Assembly: GCA_965213685.1 (NCBI GenBank) | Contig: CBDBZY010000064.1 | Location: 1-64,000 of the forward strand | From: a bacterium | GTDB lineage: Bacteria; UBA8248 | Direction of reading: 5' to 3' | Length of the DNA: 64,000 bases | Shown: piece by piece, positions 50,904 through 64,000 of the stretch | Layout: each line of letters opens with the position of its first letter | Numbering within the stretch: the stretch's first letter is position 1 | The notes under the pieces: generated by a model | Told to the model about the DNA's origin: nothing | The model's input: the letters and a program-made list of their open reading frames with translations, nothing else | Databases searched by the model: none | Position numbers and translations under genes: made by a program

Positions 50904-51690
50904 ACAATATGCTCAAACTTCCGGTTCACCAAAATGGCTGCGTAATCAGGATCTGAGTGCGTTGTGAACTTATCGCTGGGTCCAGGCTCGGTGCCCGAAC
51001 AGAAGTTATTTTTTCCTTTCTTTCCTTCTTCACCTGTGTCAGCAGAGTAATTCATACCATACCATCTCCAGGTGAACTAAGACTTCCAAATGTTATCTGG
51101 ACAGTAAATCCTCCCATCTCGGCTCCTCCCCTGATAGGGAGGCGTTCCGATTGTCCCCTAAAGTGGTTCTGACAGCACAAGATTTGGGGGGTCTGCCAGT
51201 GTGATGCTGGCAGATTCGACAATGACCACTAGTAGTACTTAGGAAAGAATGGGGAGATAAACTTTTGTCCTGGGTAATGGCCTGGTGCTTAGTGTACTGG
51301 ACTCCCAGTCTCTGGGTCCAGGTTTGGTGCTCGGACAGAAGTTTATCTTTCCTTTCTTTCCTTCACCAGCTGTGTCAGCAGAGTAATTCTTAGACTATGG
51401 CTATTCAGCCACGTATCGTTCTCTCAACCCCTGGCACTGAACAGATGTAAAGAAAATTTGTGTAAAACTCTTACAAATTATGCATATGAGTCATAGAGTA
51501 GATGACAATTCTTTGGTCTAGTTACGACCTCCCATTATGGGTTATTTACCCATCACATATCAAGCTCCTGCCATAGCACACACTCTAGTTACTCTGGAGA
51601 CATCCTACACCTTGTGCACATGCATCCCATCTCAAGAGTATATTGCAGAGTGGGAGTGACATGGCATCATTCAGCTGCAACTGAGATATA

Positions 51691-52907
<1,217 letters not shown>

Positions 52908-53050
52908 TACCACGGTTAAAACTAACCATCCCTCCTATCATGTTAAGGGAGAGCTATATGTATGATATGCATATGCAGCAGGCGGTATGGACATTTGAAT
53001 AATAAGTACCTCACATCAAAGTATACAATCAATGCATAAAGGCACAATAT

Positions 53051-54751
53051 CTAAAACTTTCTATGACAGTTACATTTACTATCAACCACCTTTGATGGCC
53101 TTCTATCATGTATGGATATGCAACCTATGTCTGTAGCACTTTTGTTTACCGACTGAAGAAAGTCTTTTAGCTCTTGTTTCAACACTGGTACAAGGTCAGT
53201 GTGCTGGTCAGATATATCAGTTGTTTCTTTAGGATTAGCTACCACATCGTAAAGATTGACACTCTGTATGTTTCCTTTATTGTACTTAACAACAAGTTTT
53301 TGTGAATCGCGTAATACTGCACCATAGAAAGATGAGTTTAAATCTCCCTTTTTAATGTGAAAGGCAAATGCAATTGAGCTATTGCGATGATTGACATCTC
53401 TTTTGAGAAATGGCAGGATAGAGACACCATCTATTGGTCGATCTTGAGGAGGATCAATGTCAAGGATATCACACACAGTCGGTAGCAGGTCATTTGTCAC
53501 CACAGGATAATTGGACTTTTGATTGGCTTTAATCACTGCTGGCCATTCTAATATTGCAGGTACTCGAATACCACCTTCAAACACTGTCCCTTTCTCTCCT
53601 CTCAAACCAGCTGTAGAGCCTGGAGTGCCTTTCTGTGGGCCATTGTCACTTGAGAACCACACAAATGTGTTGTTCTTAATGCCATATGTTTCCAGTAAAC
53701 CTCTGACTCTCCCTATTGCTTGGTCCAGTTGTGATATAGCTCCATAGTAATGGGTAACATCTCCTGAGTAACCTTGTTTTCTGTACATAGTGTAGTAGGG
53801 ATCAAGAGCATAGTACACACGATGCACGTCATGAAATGCAAGTATGACAAAAAATGGCTTTTCACTAGAATGCGATTCTTGAAGATATTTCTCAAACATG
53901 TCCAAAATAAAATCTGAATCTCCAATTATGGAGTCGTGGTAGGCTTGCAATTTATCTGACTTTTTATCCATGTAGTGATAGTCTTTGCAGGCGTCTTGTC
54001 CATAGAATCTCTTCTGAACAGTGCAACTGAAGTGTTTTGAGCATTGGCAGTTTGGTGCCACAGAGGATGTGTATCTTAGAGTTACTAACCACTGGTCAAA
54101 ACCATGCATGCCAGGATGGGACACAGGCCACTTCTTGTTACCCCCTTCAATAACTTTCAAATCACCAACATGCCATTTCCCAAATATGGCAGTTTTGTAG
54201 CCTTCGTTCTTCAGAAGTTCAGGTAGTGTTACTTCAGAGGTAGGTAGGGGCATAGAACAGGGGCATTTGCCATCATTACATGGATTACCCAGATCTGCGT
54301 GCCAGATACAGTATCGATTGTGGTTACGTCCTGTCAACAGAGTGCCTCTGGTTGGTGAGCAAACAGGACCTCCCAAATAAAACCTCGTTAGGAGGACACT
54401 GTTTGGTCCTCGGGCCATTTGGTTGAGATTTGGTGTCTTAGCCTTTCCTCCATTATACTCCACGTCACCATAGCCCAGGTCATCAGCTAATAAGTACAGA
54501 ATATTTGGGTGGTGCAATGAATTCTTGTGTCTGTTAAGTTGTGAATTTTTGTCCTCTATAGGAAATCTAAATTGTTTTTTTACATTAGCTGATGTCATAC
54601 TTGTGTTTGAAATCTTGTCTTCCTTACTGTCTACTCTTTTCATTGAAGTAACACCATTGACATCTCCTAGTGCACTGTACAACACAGATACTAAGATACT
54701 CATCACCATTGCCGCTACTACTATTGCCACTCTGAAATCTCCCACTTTCAT
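53051..54751 (-). CDS. Sulfatase copy 3, single coding exon, signal-anchor
   Basis: Intact ORF from ATG 54751 with all S1 motifs (ADDLGYGD, CSPTRGTLLTGR, GKWH, SDNG, FEGGIRVP); ends CNCHRKF*. Confidence 0.92.
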   Translation of the reverse strand: MKVGDFRVAIVVAAMVMSILVSVLYSALGDVNGVTSMKRVDSKEDKISNTSMTSANVKKQFRFPIEDKNSQLNRHKNSLHHPNILYLLADDLGYGDVEYNGGKAKTPNLNQMARGPNSVLLTRFYLGGPVCSPTRGTLLTGRNHNRYCIWHADLGNPCNDGKCPCSMPLPTSEVTLPELLKNEGYKTAIFGKWHVGDLKVIEGGNKKWPVSHPGMHGFDQWLVTLRYTSSVAPNCQCSKHFSCTVQKRFYGQDACKDYHYMDKKSDKLQAYHDSIIGDSDFILDMFEKYLQESHSSEKPFFVILAFHDVHRVYYALDPYYTMYRKQGYSGDVTHYYGAISQLDQAIGRVRGLLETYGIKNNTFVWFSSDNGPQKGTPGSTAGLRGEKGTVFEGGIRVPAILEWPAVIKANQKSNYPVVTNDLLPTVCDILDIDPPQDRPIDGVSILPFLKRDVNHRNSSIAFAFHIKKGDLNSSFYGAVLRDSQKLVVKYNKGNIQSVNLYDVVANPKETTDISDQHTDLVPVLKQELKDFLQSVNKSATDIGCISIHDRRPSKVVDSKCNCHRKF

Positions 54752-55605
54752 AGTTTGGTGAGGAGACACACCTGCAGCTGTAGTACAGAAGGAAGGAACA
54801 ATGGTAGGAAGTGATCTCTCTACATAAGCAGGGTACATATACACAAACACAGCCTTGGTGTGGGCCGTGTATAAGCACAAGACATACATGCCCCCTGCAA
54901 AAATTCCATGGTTATTTTAACCATGGTTTTCTCAGTTGCATGGTTTGCTCAGTTGTATGTATATACTGATAATCATCAGTATTACTGAAACTGAAAGGGT
55001 TAACAAATAAACGTAATGTCTCTCATATGCACTACTAGGAGTTAGTTCTAGTGCACCAAACTCATTGTTAATGGCACTGTACTTTTTCAGTTACTGTGCA
55101 TTATATTGTAGCATCATAGTGTACAGGAAGAGAGAGATAATCATCAGTATCACAAGAAGTAAAGTGGTTAACGAAAATATTTATGCACTAGCCACCAATG
55201 CCATGTACCTGCATGTGCAATATCATGATTAATGGTACTACGGTTTTTGAGTTTTGTTTCTTCAACCGGAAGGAGAAGAAGAAGAAGAAGAAGAAGAAGA
55301 AGAAGATGGACAATTTGTGAAATGCAATTTTGCATATAAAACACACCTTATATAGCATTTTCCCACAATTTTTAAGGTACAGTTAACATTTTGCATGCTC
55401 TTAACTTGGATACCACTAGAAGTCAGATTGCTGCCATAGTGAAAGTGAAAATTGCAAATTTCAAATGTACAGGTTTGATGCTGAGGACCCTGGCCAATTC
55501 CTATATACACCTACTACTGTAGGTGTGATTATAGCTAAGAGCTTCCTGCGCACAGAGAATGCAGTAGAAGTACTTACATGGGTATGCTTGACAAACTGAA
55601 TTATA

Positions 55606-56861
<1,256 letters not shown>

Positions 56862-56888
56862 TTAGCTATGTGTATATACATATATGTA

Positions 56889-58079
56889 CAAGTATGGAAA
56901 ACATTTTCCAAAAATGTAGAGGGATGTAGGGATGGCAGTGCCGAAAACGGCGGAAACTAGGTGTAGAGATGGCAGTGTACAGGAAAGACAGGTTATAAAA
57001 AGACTACACAAGCAACCCCATCCCTACATCTTTCTTTTTACTTGAAATTGTTCTGTGAGTTTAGCTATGAAAATTCTGGGAACATCAATGCCATGTGGTG
57101 AGAAAAAGAAAGATGTAGGGATGGGGTTGCTTGTGTAGTCTTTTTATAACCTGTCTTTCCTGTACACTGCCATCTCTACACCTAGTTTCTGCCGTTTTGG
57201 CACTGCCATCCCTACATCCCTCTACATTTTTGGAAAATGTTTTTCATACTTGTTTGTGTACTTTTTCTTGTATAATAGTACACAAAATATTATTGCAAGT
57301 TTCATCCAACAAACATATAGGTGATCAGAGCAGCCATTGCTACTAGTCAGCGGCGGAGATACGGGTGGGCCTTAAACCTCATGATCAGTCACTTACGAAG
57401 TTGGGAGGCTGAGCCCCTCTAAAAAGTCCTGAGCTAGAGTAGTTTCCTCAGTGTATCTGACTAGCTAACTCATACCAGTTACATTGAAGTTCGTTGTACA
57501 ATTGTACGGCGAAGTAAGAACGCGCTGTTTTCAGTGACAAAAGATCGAGTAGCCTTTGCTATGTCAAGCCATCGAGAAATTAATAGGCGTGGCTTCGCGA
57601 GGCCCCCCTCACATGCTTACAATTTGCGCCACGTGACAATAATTATTAGAAAATGGCTTCCAAATATGGCAAAGTTGTCTGGGGCTCTAGATTCTGCCCA
57701 TAGTAGAGAAGATACTAACATTTTGTTAGCGCAGATCATACTTCGTAGTGATTACAGTGGATCTGTGAAAGAACTATGGTGATTACTTCAGCCAGTTTTG
57801 AGTAAAGTCGTTTGAAAGATATCTCGTAAGAAGAAGAAGAAGAAGAAGAATAAGAAAGAAAAACAAAATTACCTTTCGTCCATTATCTGGCAGTAAGTCA
57901 AGGAATGCATTCTAACTACTTGTGGGGTATCGTTGGGTAGAGAATCGGTTGAATAGGCCATTCGCGTGCCGAGAAAGGCTTAAAACGCGAGTGTTCGAGA
58001 GCTAAGAAGGCTTTCCAATGTACGCGCACTATGGGAGTGTCGGCGCCATCCCTACATAGAGAGTCTGCCGACTCTCTGA
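56889..58079 (-). mobile_element. Non-autonomous Helitron-like element, full length
   Basis: Same termini and architecture; removing it restores the TACATGTA-rich stretch at about 11600-11630 of the sulfatase 1 flank. Confidence 0.85.
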
Positions 58080-58661
58080 TACATGTATGTAGACAAACTC
58101 TAGCAAACACTGCCGGAACATCATGCTTTCTTGCAGGACTCTTATACAAAGGCTCTACACTTCATTCAGAGCTATATACGTGCTGCAGCTCACATATAAG
58201 TGACTGTTTGTATACCAGCCTCTAGAATGGTAGTGCTAGTGTTCCGCTCATGTGACATCTCAAATGCCTGTTGAGTGGAACGGTTCTAGACGCTGGTATA
58301 CAAAGTCACTTGTATGTACGCTGTAGCACGTATATAGCTCAATGAGCTATAGACATGTATGATGTTCAGTGTTCAGTGTACATCAGGAGTGGTAAGTGCA
58401 ACATTGCAAAGAAATCAGTGACAAAACCAGCCTTTGCTAGGTTCCCAGGTCTGTATGGGGAAATTCTAAGTTGGTCCAGGTGGGATCCCCTTAGCACTCC
58501 ACAACTTGTAATAAGGGCTCTCTGCTCTGCCATGCCAGTTACTTACATACATGTACATGTGGCAGTGCATTACACAATAAGTCATGTGAATGCATACTGG
58601 TGATAGTGGGCAACATAAATCAGAATTTACTGTACTGTAAAAATGATGTATAGTGCAGGCT

Positions 58662-60365
58662 TTAGATTGAACTTCCAGGACAACCACATTTACCACTAAA
58701 CATCTCTGATGGCCTTCTATCATGTGTGGATATGCAACCTATGTCTGTAGCACTTTTGTTTACTGACTGAAGAAAGTCTTGTAGCTCTTGTTTCAACACT
58801 GGTACAAGGTCAGTGTGCTGGTCAGATATATCAGTTGTTTCTTTAGGATCGGCTACCACATCATAAAGATTGACACTCTGTATGTTTCCTTTATTGTACT
58901 CAACAACAAGTTTTTGTGAGTCTCGTAATACTGCACCATAGAAAGATGAGTTTAAATCTCCCTTTTTAATGTGAAAGGCAAAAGCAATTGAACTATTGCG
59001 ATGATTGACATCTCCTTTGAGAAATGGTAGGATAGAAACACCGTCTATTGGTCGATCTTGAGGAGGATCAATGCCAAGGATATCACACACAGTTGGTAGC
59101 AGGTCATTTGTCACCACAGGATAATTGGACTTTCGATTGGCTTTAATCACTGCTGGCCATTCTAATATTGCAGGGACTCGAATACCACCTTCAAACACTG
59201 TCCCTTTCTCTCCTCTCAAACCAGCTGTAGAGCCTGGAGTGCCTTTCTGTGGGCCATTGTCACTTGAGAACCACACAAATGTGTTGTTCTTAATGCCATA
59301 TGTTTCCAGTAAACCTCTGACTCTCCCTATTGCTTGGTCCAGTTGCGATATAGCTCCATAGTAATGGGTAACATCTTCTGAGTAACCTTGTTTTCTGTAC
59401 ATAGTGTAGTAGGGATCAAGAGCATAGTACACACGATGCACGTCATGAAATGCAAGTACGACAAAAATAGGCTTTTCATCAAATTGTGATTTTTGGAGGA
59501 ATTTCTCAAACCTATCCACAATGAAATCTGAATCTCCAGCTATGAAGTCATTGTAGGCCTGCAATGTTTTTGACTCCATATCCATGTAGTGATAATCTCT
59601 GCAGGTTTTGTGTTGGTACCATCTCTTCTCAACAGTGCAATTAAAGTGTTCAGAGCATCGGCAGTTTGGTGCCACTGAGGATGTGTCTCTTTCAGTTACT
59701 AACCACTGGTCAAAACCATGCATGCCAGGATGGGACACAGGCCACTTCTTGTTACCCCCTTCAATAACTTTCAAATCACCAACATGCCATTTCCCAAATA
59801 TGGCAGTTTTGTAGCCTTCGTTCTTCAGAAGTTCAGGCAGTGTTACTTCAGAGGTAGGTAGGGGCATAGAACAGGGGCATTCGCCATCATTACATGGAAC
59901 ACCCAGATCTGCGTGCCAGATACAGTACCGATTGTGGTTACGTCCTGTCAACAGAGTGCCTCTGGTTGGTGAGCAAACGGGACCTCCTGAATAAAACCTC
60001 GTTAGGAGGACACTGTTTGGTCCTCGGGCCATTTGGTTGAGATTTGGTGTCTTAGCCTTTCCTCCATTATACTCCACGTCACCATAGCCCAGGTCATCAG
60101 CCAATAAGTACAGAATATTTGGATGTTGCAATGGATTCTTGTGTCTGTTAAGTTGTGAATTTTTGTCCTCTATAGGAAATCTAAATTGTTTCTCCACATT
60201 AGCTGATGTCATACTTGTGTTTGAAATCTTGTCTTCCTTACTGTCTACTCTTTTCATTGAAGTAATGCCATTGACATCTCCTAGTGTGCTGTACAACACA
60301 GATACTAAGATACTCACCACCACTGCCGCTACTACTATTGCCACTCTGAAATCACCCACTTTCAT
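58662..60365 (-). CDS. Sulfatase copy 4, single coding exon, signal-anchor
   Basis: Intact ORF from ATG 60365 with FYSGGPVCSPTRGTLLTGR; ends GKCGCPGSSI*. Its 3' flank is an inverted copy of the sulfatase 1 3' flank. Confidence 0.92.
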   Translation of the reverse strand: MKVGDFRVAIVVAAVVVSILVSVLYSTLGDVNGITSMKRVDSKEDKISNTSMTSANVEKQFRFPIEDKNSQLNRHKNPLQHPNILYLLADDLGYGDVEYNGGKAKTPNLNQMARGPNSVLLTRFYSGGPVCSPTRGTLLTGRNHNRYCIWHADLGVPCNDGECPCSMPLPTSEVTLPELLKNEGYKTAIFGKWHVGDLKVIEGGNKKWPVSHPGMHGFDQWLVTERDTSSVAPNCRCSEHFNCTVEKRWYQHKTCRDYHYMDMESKTLQAYNDFIAGDSDFIVDRFEKFLQKSQFDEKPIFVVLAFHDVHRVYYALDPYYTMYRKQGYSEDVTHYYGAISQLDQAIGRVRGLLETYGIKNNTFVWFSSDNGPQKGTPGSTAGLRGEKGTVFEGGIRVPAILEWPAVIKANRKSNYPVVTNDLLPTVCDILGIDPPQDRPIDGVSILPFLKGDVNHRNSSIAFAFHIKKGDLNSSFYGAVLRDSQKLVVEYNKGNIQSVNLYDVVADPKETTDISDQHTDLVPVLKQELQDFLQSVNKSATDIGCISTHDRRPSEMFSGKCGCPGSSI

Positions 60366-61239
60366 AGTTTGGTGAGGAGACACACCTGCAGCTGTAGTAC
60401 AGAAGGAAGGAACAATGGTAGAAAGTGATCTCTCTACATAAGCAGGGTACATATACACGAACACAGCCTTGCTGTGGGCCATGTATAAGCACAAGACATA
60501 CACGCCCACTGCAAAAATTCCATGGTTATTTTAACCATGGTTTTCTCAGTTGCACATTTGTTCAACAGTGGACACTGTGCAAATATGCAGGAAATTCATC
60601 TTAAGAAGTGTGGGAGGATTGAGAAACTAAATGACAGGTTTTAGTTCATTAAGCATGACATACAATGTACATGTAACTGTAAGCATCCATTATGGACTGT
60701 AGCTACAGTGTCATGGCCAGGCCTTGCAAGAGCTCAGTATGTAGAACAGCTACACTTAGTGAGACTAGAAGACTTTGATAATACTTACAGCAAGTCAGAT
60801 TAGCTTTGTGGCCTGCTGTCGAGCGTGTCCAATTTTGGGTGTATACAGTACTTCATTAAGTCTGTACACACATACACACAGCTAATAGCACGAAAGCAAC
60901 TAGATGCTTTGAACTTTTTAAAAAGCATTATACACAGTGTGTTCATATCTTTGACTATTAAACGGTCACTGCAAATGCGAGTACTCTTGGTTTAGTCTAT
61001 TTCATTTTTGCATGGACTCTATTTGCCTTACATTTTCACTACATTTCACGTCTGTAGTTATTCTGATGTCATATTCTTTGGGTTGAAGTTGTCACCACAC
61101 TAGTAGTGGTATGTTGTTCAACTTCATTTTAATTGAGTTGTGAGAAATCATATTATATGTTTGACAAAATACCACAGTTTTTGGATAAGTAGTATGTTGT
61201 GCTGCAAGTTGTGTGCTGATCATTGAACTAAATTCTAGA

Positions 61240-61920
61240 AACATGTTTGAAAGATGTAGGGACGGCTGTGCCAAAAACCACAGAAACTAGGTGTAGGGAT
61301 GGCAGTATGCAGGCAAGACATGTTATACAAAGACTACACAAGTAACCCCATCCCTACATCATTTTTTATACCTGATATGATTTTGCTGGCTATGCATGCC
61401 ATTAGGTATTGAGAACAACAGTTTGAAGCAAAAAATGTAGGGATGGGGTTACTTGTGTAGTCTTTGTATAACATGTCTTGCCTGCACATCCCTACACCTA
61501 GTTTCTGTGGTTTTTGGCACAGCCTCCCTACATCTTTCAACATTAAAAAATGTTTTTAATACTTGTTTGTATCCTTTTTCCTGGTAATAGTTCACTAAAA
61601 TGTATTCTGTTCTTGCAAGCTTCTTTCAGAATCCCTCGAACAAATCATAACAGCCACTGCTACCCATTAGGAACAGAGTAGAAAGGGGCTTAACCGGAAG
61701 GAGCTTGACCACCATCACGCCATTTTGAAGTTGGGGGGCTGAGCCCCTCCACAAAGTCCTGAGCTAGAGTGACTACTTCACTACATGTATCTAACTGGCT
61801 AACTCATACCCGCTACATTAACGTTTTTGTACAATAGAAAGACGCTGCTCAAACCTCTCTCGAATCAGCGACAACGCCAGCCTAAAATTAATAGGCGTGG
61901 CTTCGCGAGGCCGTTCTCGC
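61240..61920 (-). mobile_element. Truncated copy of the giant-hairpin Helitron-like family
   Basis: Both hairpin arms (about 61240-61365 and 61430-61565) and part of the core (GTCCTGAGCTAGAGT, AATTAATAGGCGTGGCTTCGCGAGGCC). Confidence 0.75.
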
Positions 61921-62679
61921 TAGGTGCAGAGAAAAAGCCGCACCCGAAATTACAGGTCCAACCCTTACGTCACTGTGGTGCTGTAATTCAAGGGAAGGAA
62001 TGTTGTGAAGACGAAGAGGAATACAATTGACCTTATGCAGTGAAATGAATACACTAAGTCTCTTGAACAGAGATCCAGTTACAGTGACAGTTGAATAATC
62101 ACTGACCAGGTGAAAAAGGCGTCCAGCGTGAGAGTAGAACCAAGGTGTGGTGACAGTAAGCAAGAACTCGATGCTACACTCTTAGCATGCATGCTAGCAG
62201 CCCTTAGGAGTAGGCTGGACCCTGCCATGTTTACCTCTCTTTCGATACTCTTAGCCATCCTTATTTAGTACATGAAATAACATGTGCATAGCACACCAGC
62301 TATATAGAAAGAGTCAAAGAAAGTTAAAAGAAAGGTGAATTAAGGCCATAACCCCCTATACGTATACATGTAACACAATGAGCACAACACACCTGGATGC
62401 CCAGCCTTGAGAACTGGGGTGGTGGGTTGAAGATCTTTTATGGCGCCAACTCTCCAATTAAGTGCTGTCTTGAACTCACATATACACAGACACAGACATG
62501 AACAACAAAAACAGCCTCAAGACTTAGAAAAATAGCTCAGAGCAATTTAACACACCACAGCCTCTAGGCTTAGAAAATAACTTTGACATACAGTAGCCTC
62601 TAAGCTTAGAAAAATCTAAATTGGAAAACAACTAGAACAGCCTCAAGGCTTAGAAAAATAAATTTAACACACCAGCGTA

Positions 62680-62860
62680 TACTGCGCATTGCGCAGCATT
62701 GCGCGATATCACGTGACCCTCGATGGGCCAGTATAGTACAGTACTAGTACTTGACTTGCTTACTACGTAATTTTCATTACTGCGCTTGCGTTGTTTGTTC
62801 TAAAACGGCAGCTACTACACAGGAAGTTGGAAGCGGCGACGAAATCATGCGACTTAAATC
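62680..62860. promoter_or_regulatory. CpG-rich promoter-like segment (NRF1-like, CLEAR-type E-box, ETS site)
   Basis: TGCGCATTGCGCA at about 62683, ATCACGTGAC at about 62708, ACAGGAAGT at about 62819. The associated gene was not identified. Confidence 0.35.
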
Positions 62861-62894
62861 CCACACATAAACAATTGTGAAGGCATAGACTTAA

Positions 62895-63467
62895 GGGAGG
62901 GCGAGTCATGATTGCGTTCTTCGTCAATTACTCTACCGTCGCTTTCCCCCTACAATTACCAACGCTAAAACGACAGCAATTCTTTGGCGCGGTTGCAAAT
63001 TCGCTGGGAAAAATTCATATTTTCCCTCTACCGTTGGACGTGCGGCGCTATGTGGCGCCAACCGGTGAAGAGGTGGATGCTCGCCAAAGGGGAGTGAACT
63101 AGTTTATGCGCAATGGGTTGCTCGAGGCTTGGCTTGCTACTTTACGGCAGAATTTGCTACCGTTTTTCTAAATTCTGCAGCACGAAGAAAACGATTATAT
63201 GTCTAGAAAGAAAGATTTAGCACGGATTTTTAAAGCAAACGTAGATAGCCAACATGCTTAGTAATCATCCACCGAAGTTTCGTCTCTGCAGCATTAGCCG
63301 TTATTGGCCAATTTTTTTCAATAATTAGCGATATGCATATTGCGTAAATTTTATAATTCTATGAACCGACATATCACGCAAAACTACGTTATATCGCTAA
63401 CAGGCATCATTAGGAGAATACAATAAAACATAAATCAGGCAAAATCATGTCTTAGGGTCGTCCTGCC
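62895..63467. mobile_element. Non-autonomous Kolobok-like element (TTAA TSD)
   Basis: TTAA|GGGAGGGCGAGTC ... GGGTCGTCCTGCC|TTAA, imperfect GG.AGG.CGA TIR. Confidence 0.75.
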
Positions 63468-64000
63468 TTAAAATGGAACCTTAGCCACACTTTGTACTTT
63501 TGAGTAATGAGCCTCCAAAGTGGAATGTTTGCAGGGATTTACCCTCTGCAATGTCTGCCATTCTTTGGGCATCAGCGCATTCCATTTACGTTCAAAAGTT
63601 TTTGCATGTACTAATTAGTTGCCATAGCAACCAGATGTGGCCACGCCTACCTCGTTATTGCTAGCTGAATGTATTAAGAGACTTTCAGCACTGCGCAAAA
63701 CTGATTTTATACCAACTTATTTGTTGGTTTCGTGAGTCCTAGACAGGAAATAGAGTGCAACAATGTAAGCTAGTGAGTCTTTGTGTGTTAAAAGCAGAGA
63801 GTCTACTCGAACATCATGGCTATCCGGGCCACAAGACCCACAACAAGGGAAGCCCGGAGGGAGAGATCTAGGGAGATCTACAAGGCTGGTAAATCAAGAG
63901 GACCATACAGACTTAGCAGGAGTGTCAACGAGTCTCTCAATAAGAGCAGCACTGAAGGCGAAAGTTCAGAGGTGGGCACTAATTTGGACGGCATATGCAC

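Noticed and set aside
62510-62665. CRISPR-like repeat-spacer appearance of the GGCTTAGAAAAAT arrays
   Set aside because: Repeats are degenerate, spacers are irregular, the context is eukaryotic and there are no cas genes.

Overview
Eukaryotic, intron-rich animal DNA with GT-AG introns, abundant TACATG palindromic microrepeats, tRNA-derived SINEs and many MITEs. A demosponge origin is my guess from repeat style and cannot be proven here. The left end holds a complete 11-exon ACAD8 (isobutyryl-CoA dehydrogenase) gene on the minus strand. The rest is a repeat-rich, recently duplicated cluster with two gene families. The first is four nearly identical formylglycine-dependent (CSPTR) sulfatases with intronless CDS and an N-terminal signal-anchor; one carries a single CGA>TGA stop. 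The second, which they bracket, is four cation-dependent mannose-6-phosphate-receptor/ATG27-like genes: three intact 7-exon genes reconstructed by hand and one frameshifted copy lacking the TM segment. Two receptor genes have TCACGTGA (CLEAR-type) boxes just upstream. The mobile fraction includes: a non-autonomous Helitron-like family (A|TC...CTTG|T, no TSD, confirmed by empty sites in the paralogous block) with a very large 3' hairpin; a degenerate Helitron/Helentron RepHel; HINE/DINE-like elements; TAG...CTA elements with 9-bp TSDs; TTAA Kolobok-like elements, two of which face inward around the whole cluster; a hAT-like MITE with a 5-bp TSD; a CACTG element; and LINE and Penelope fragments. 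All coordinates were read by eye and may be off by a few bases.
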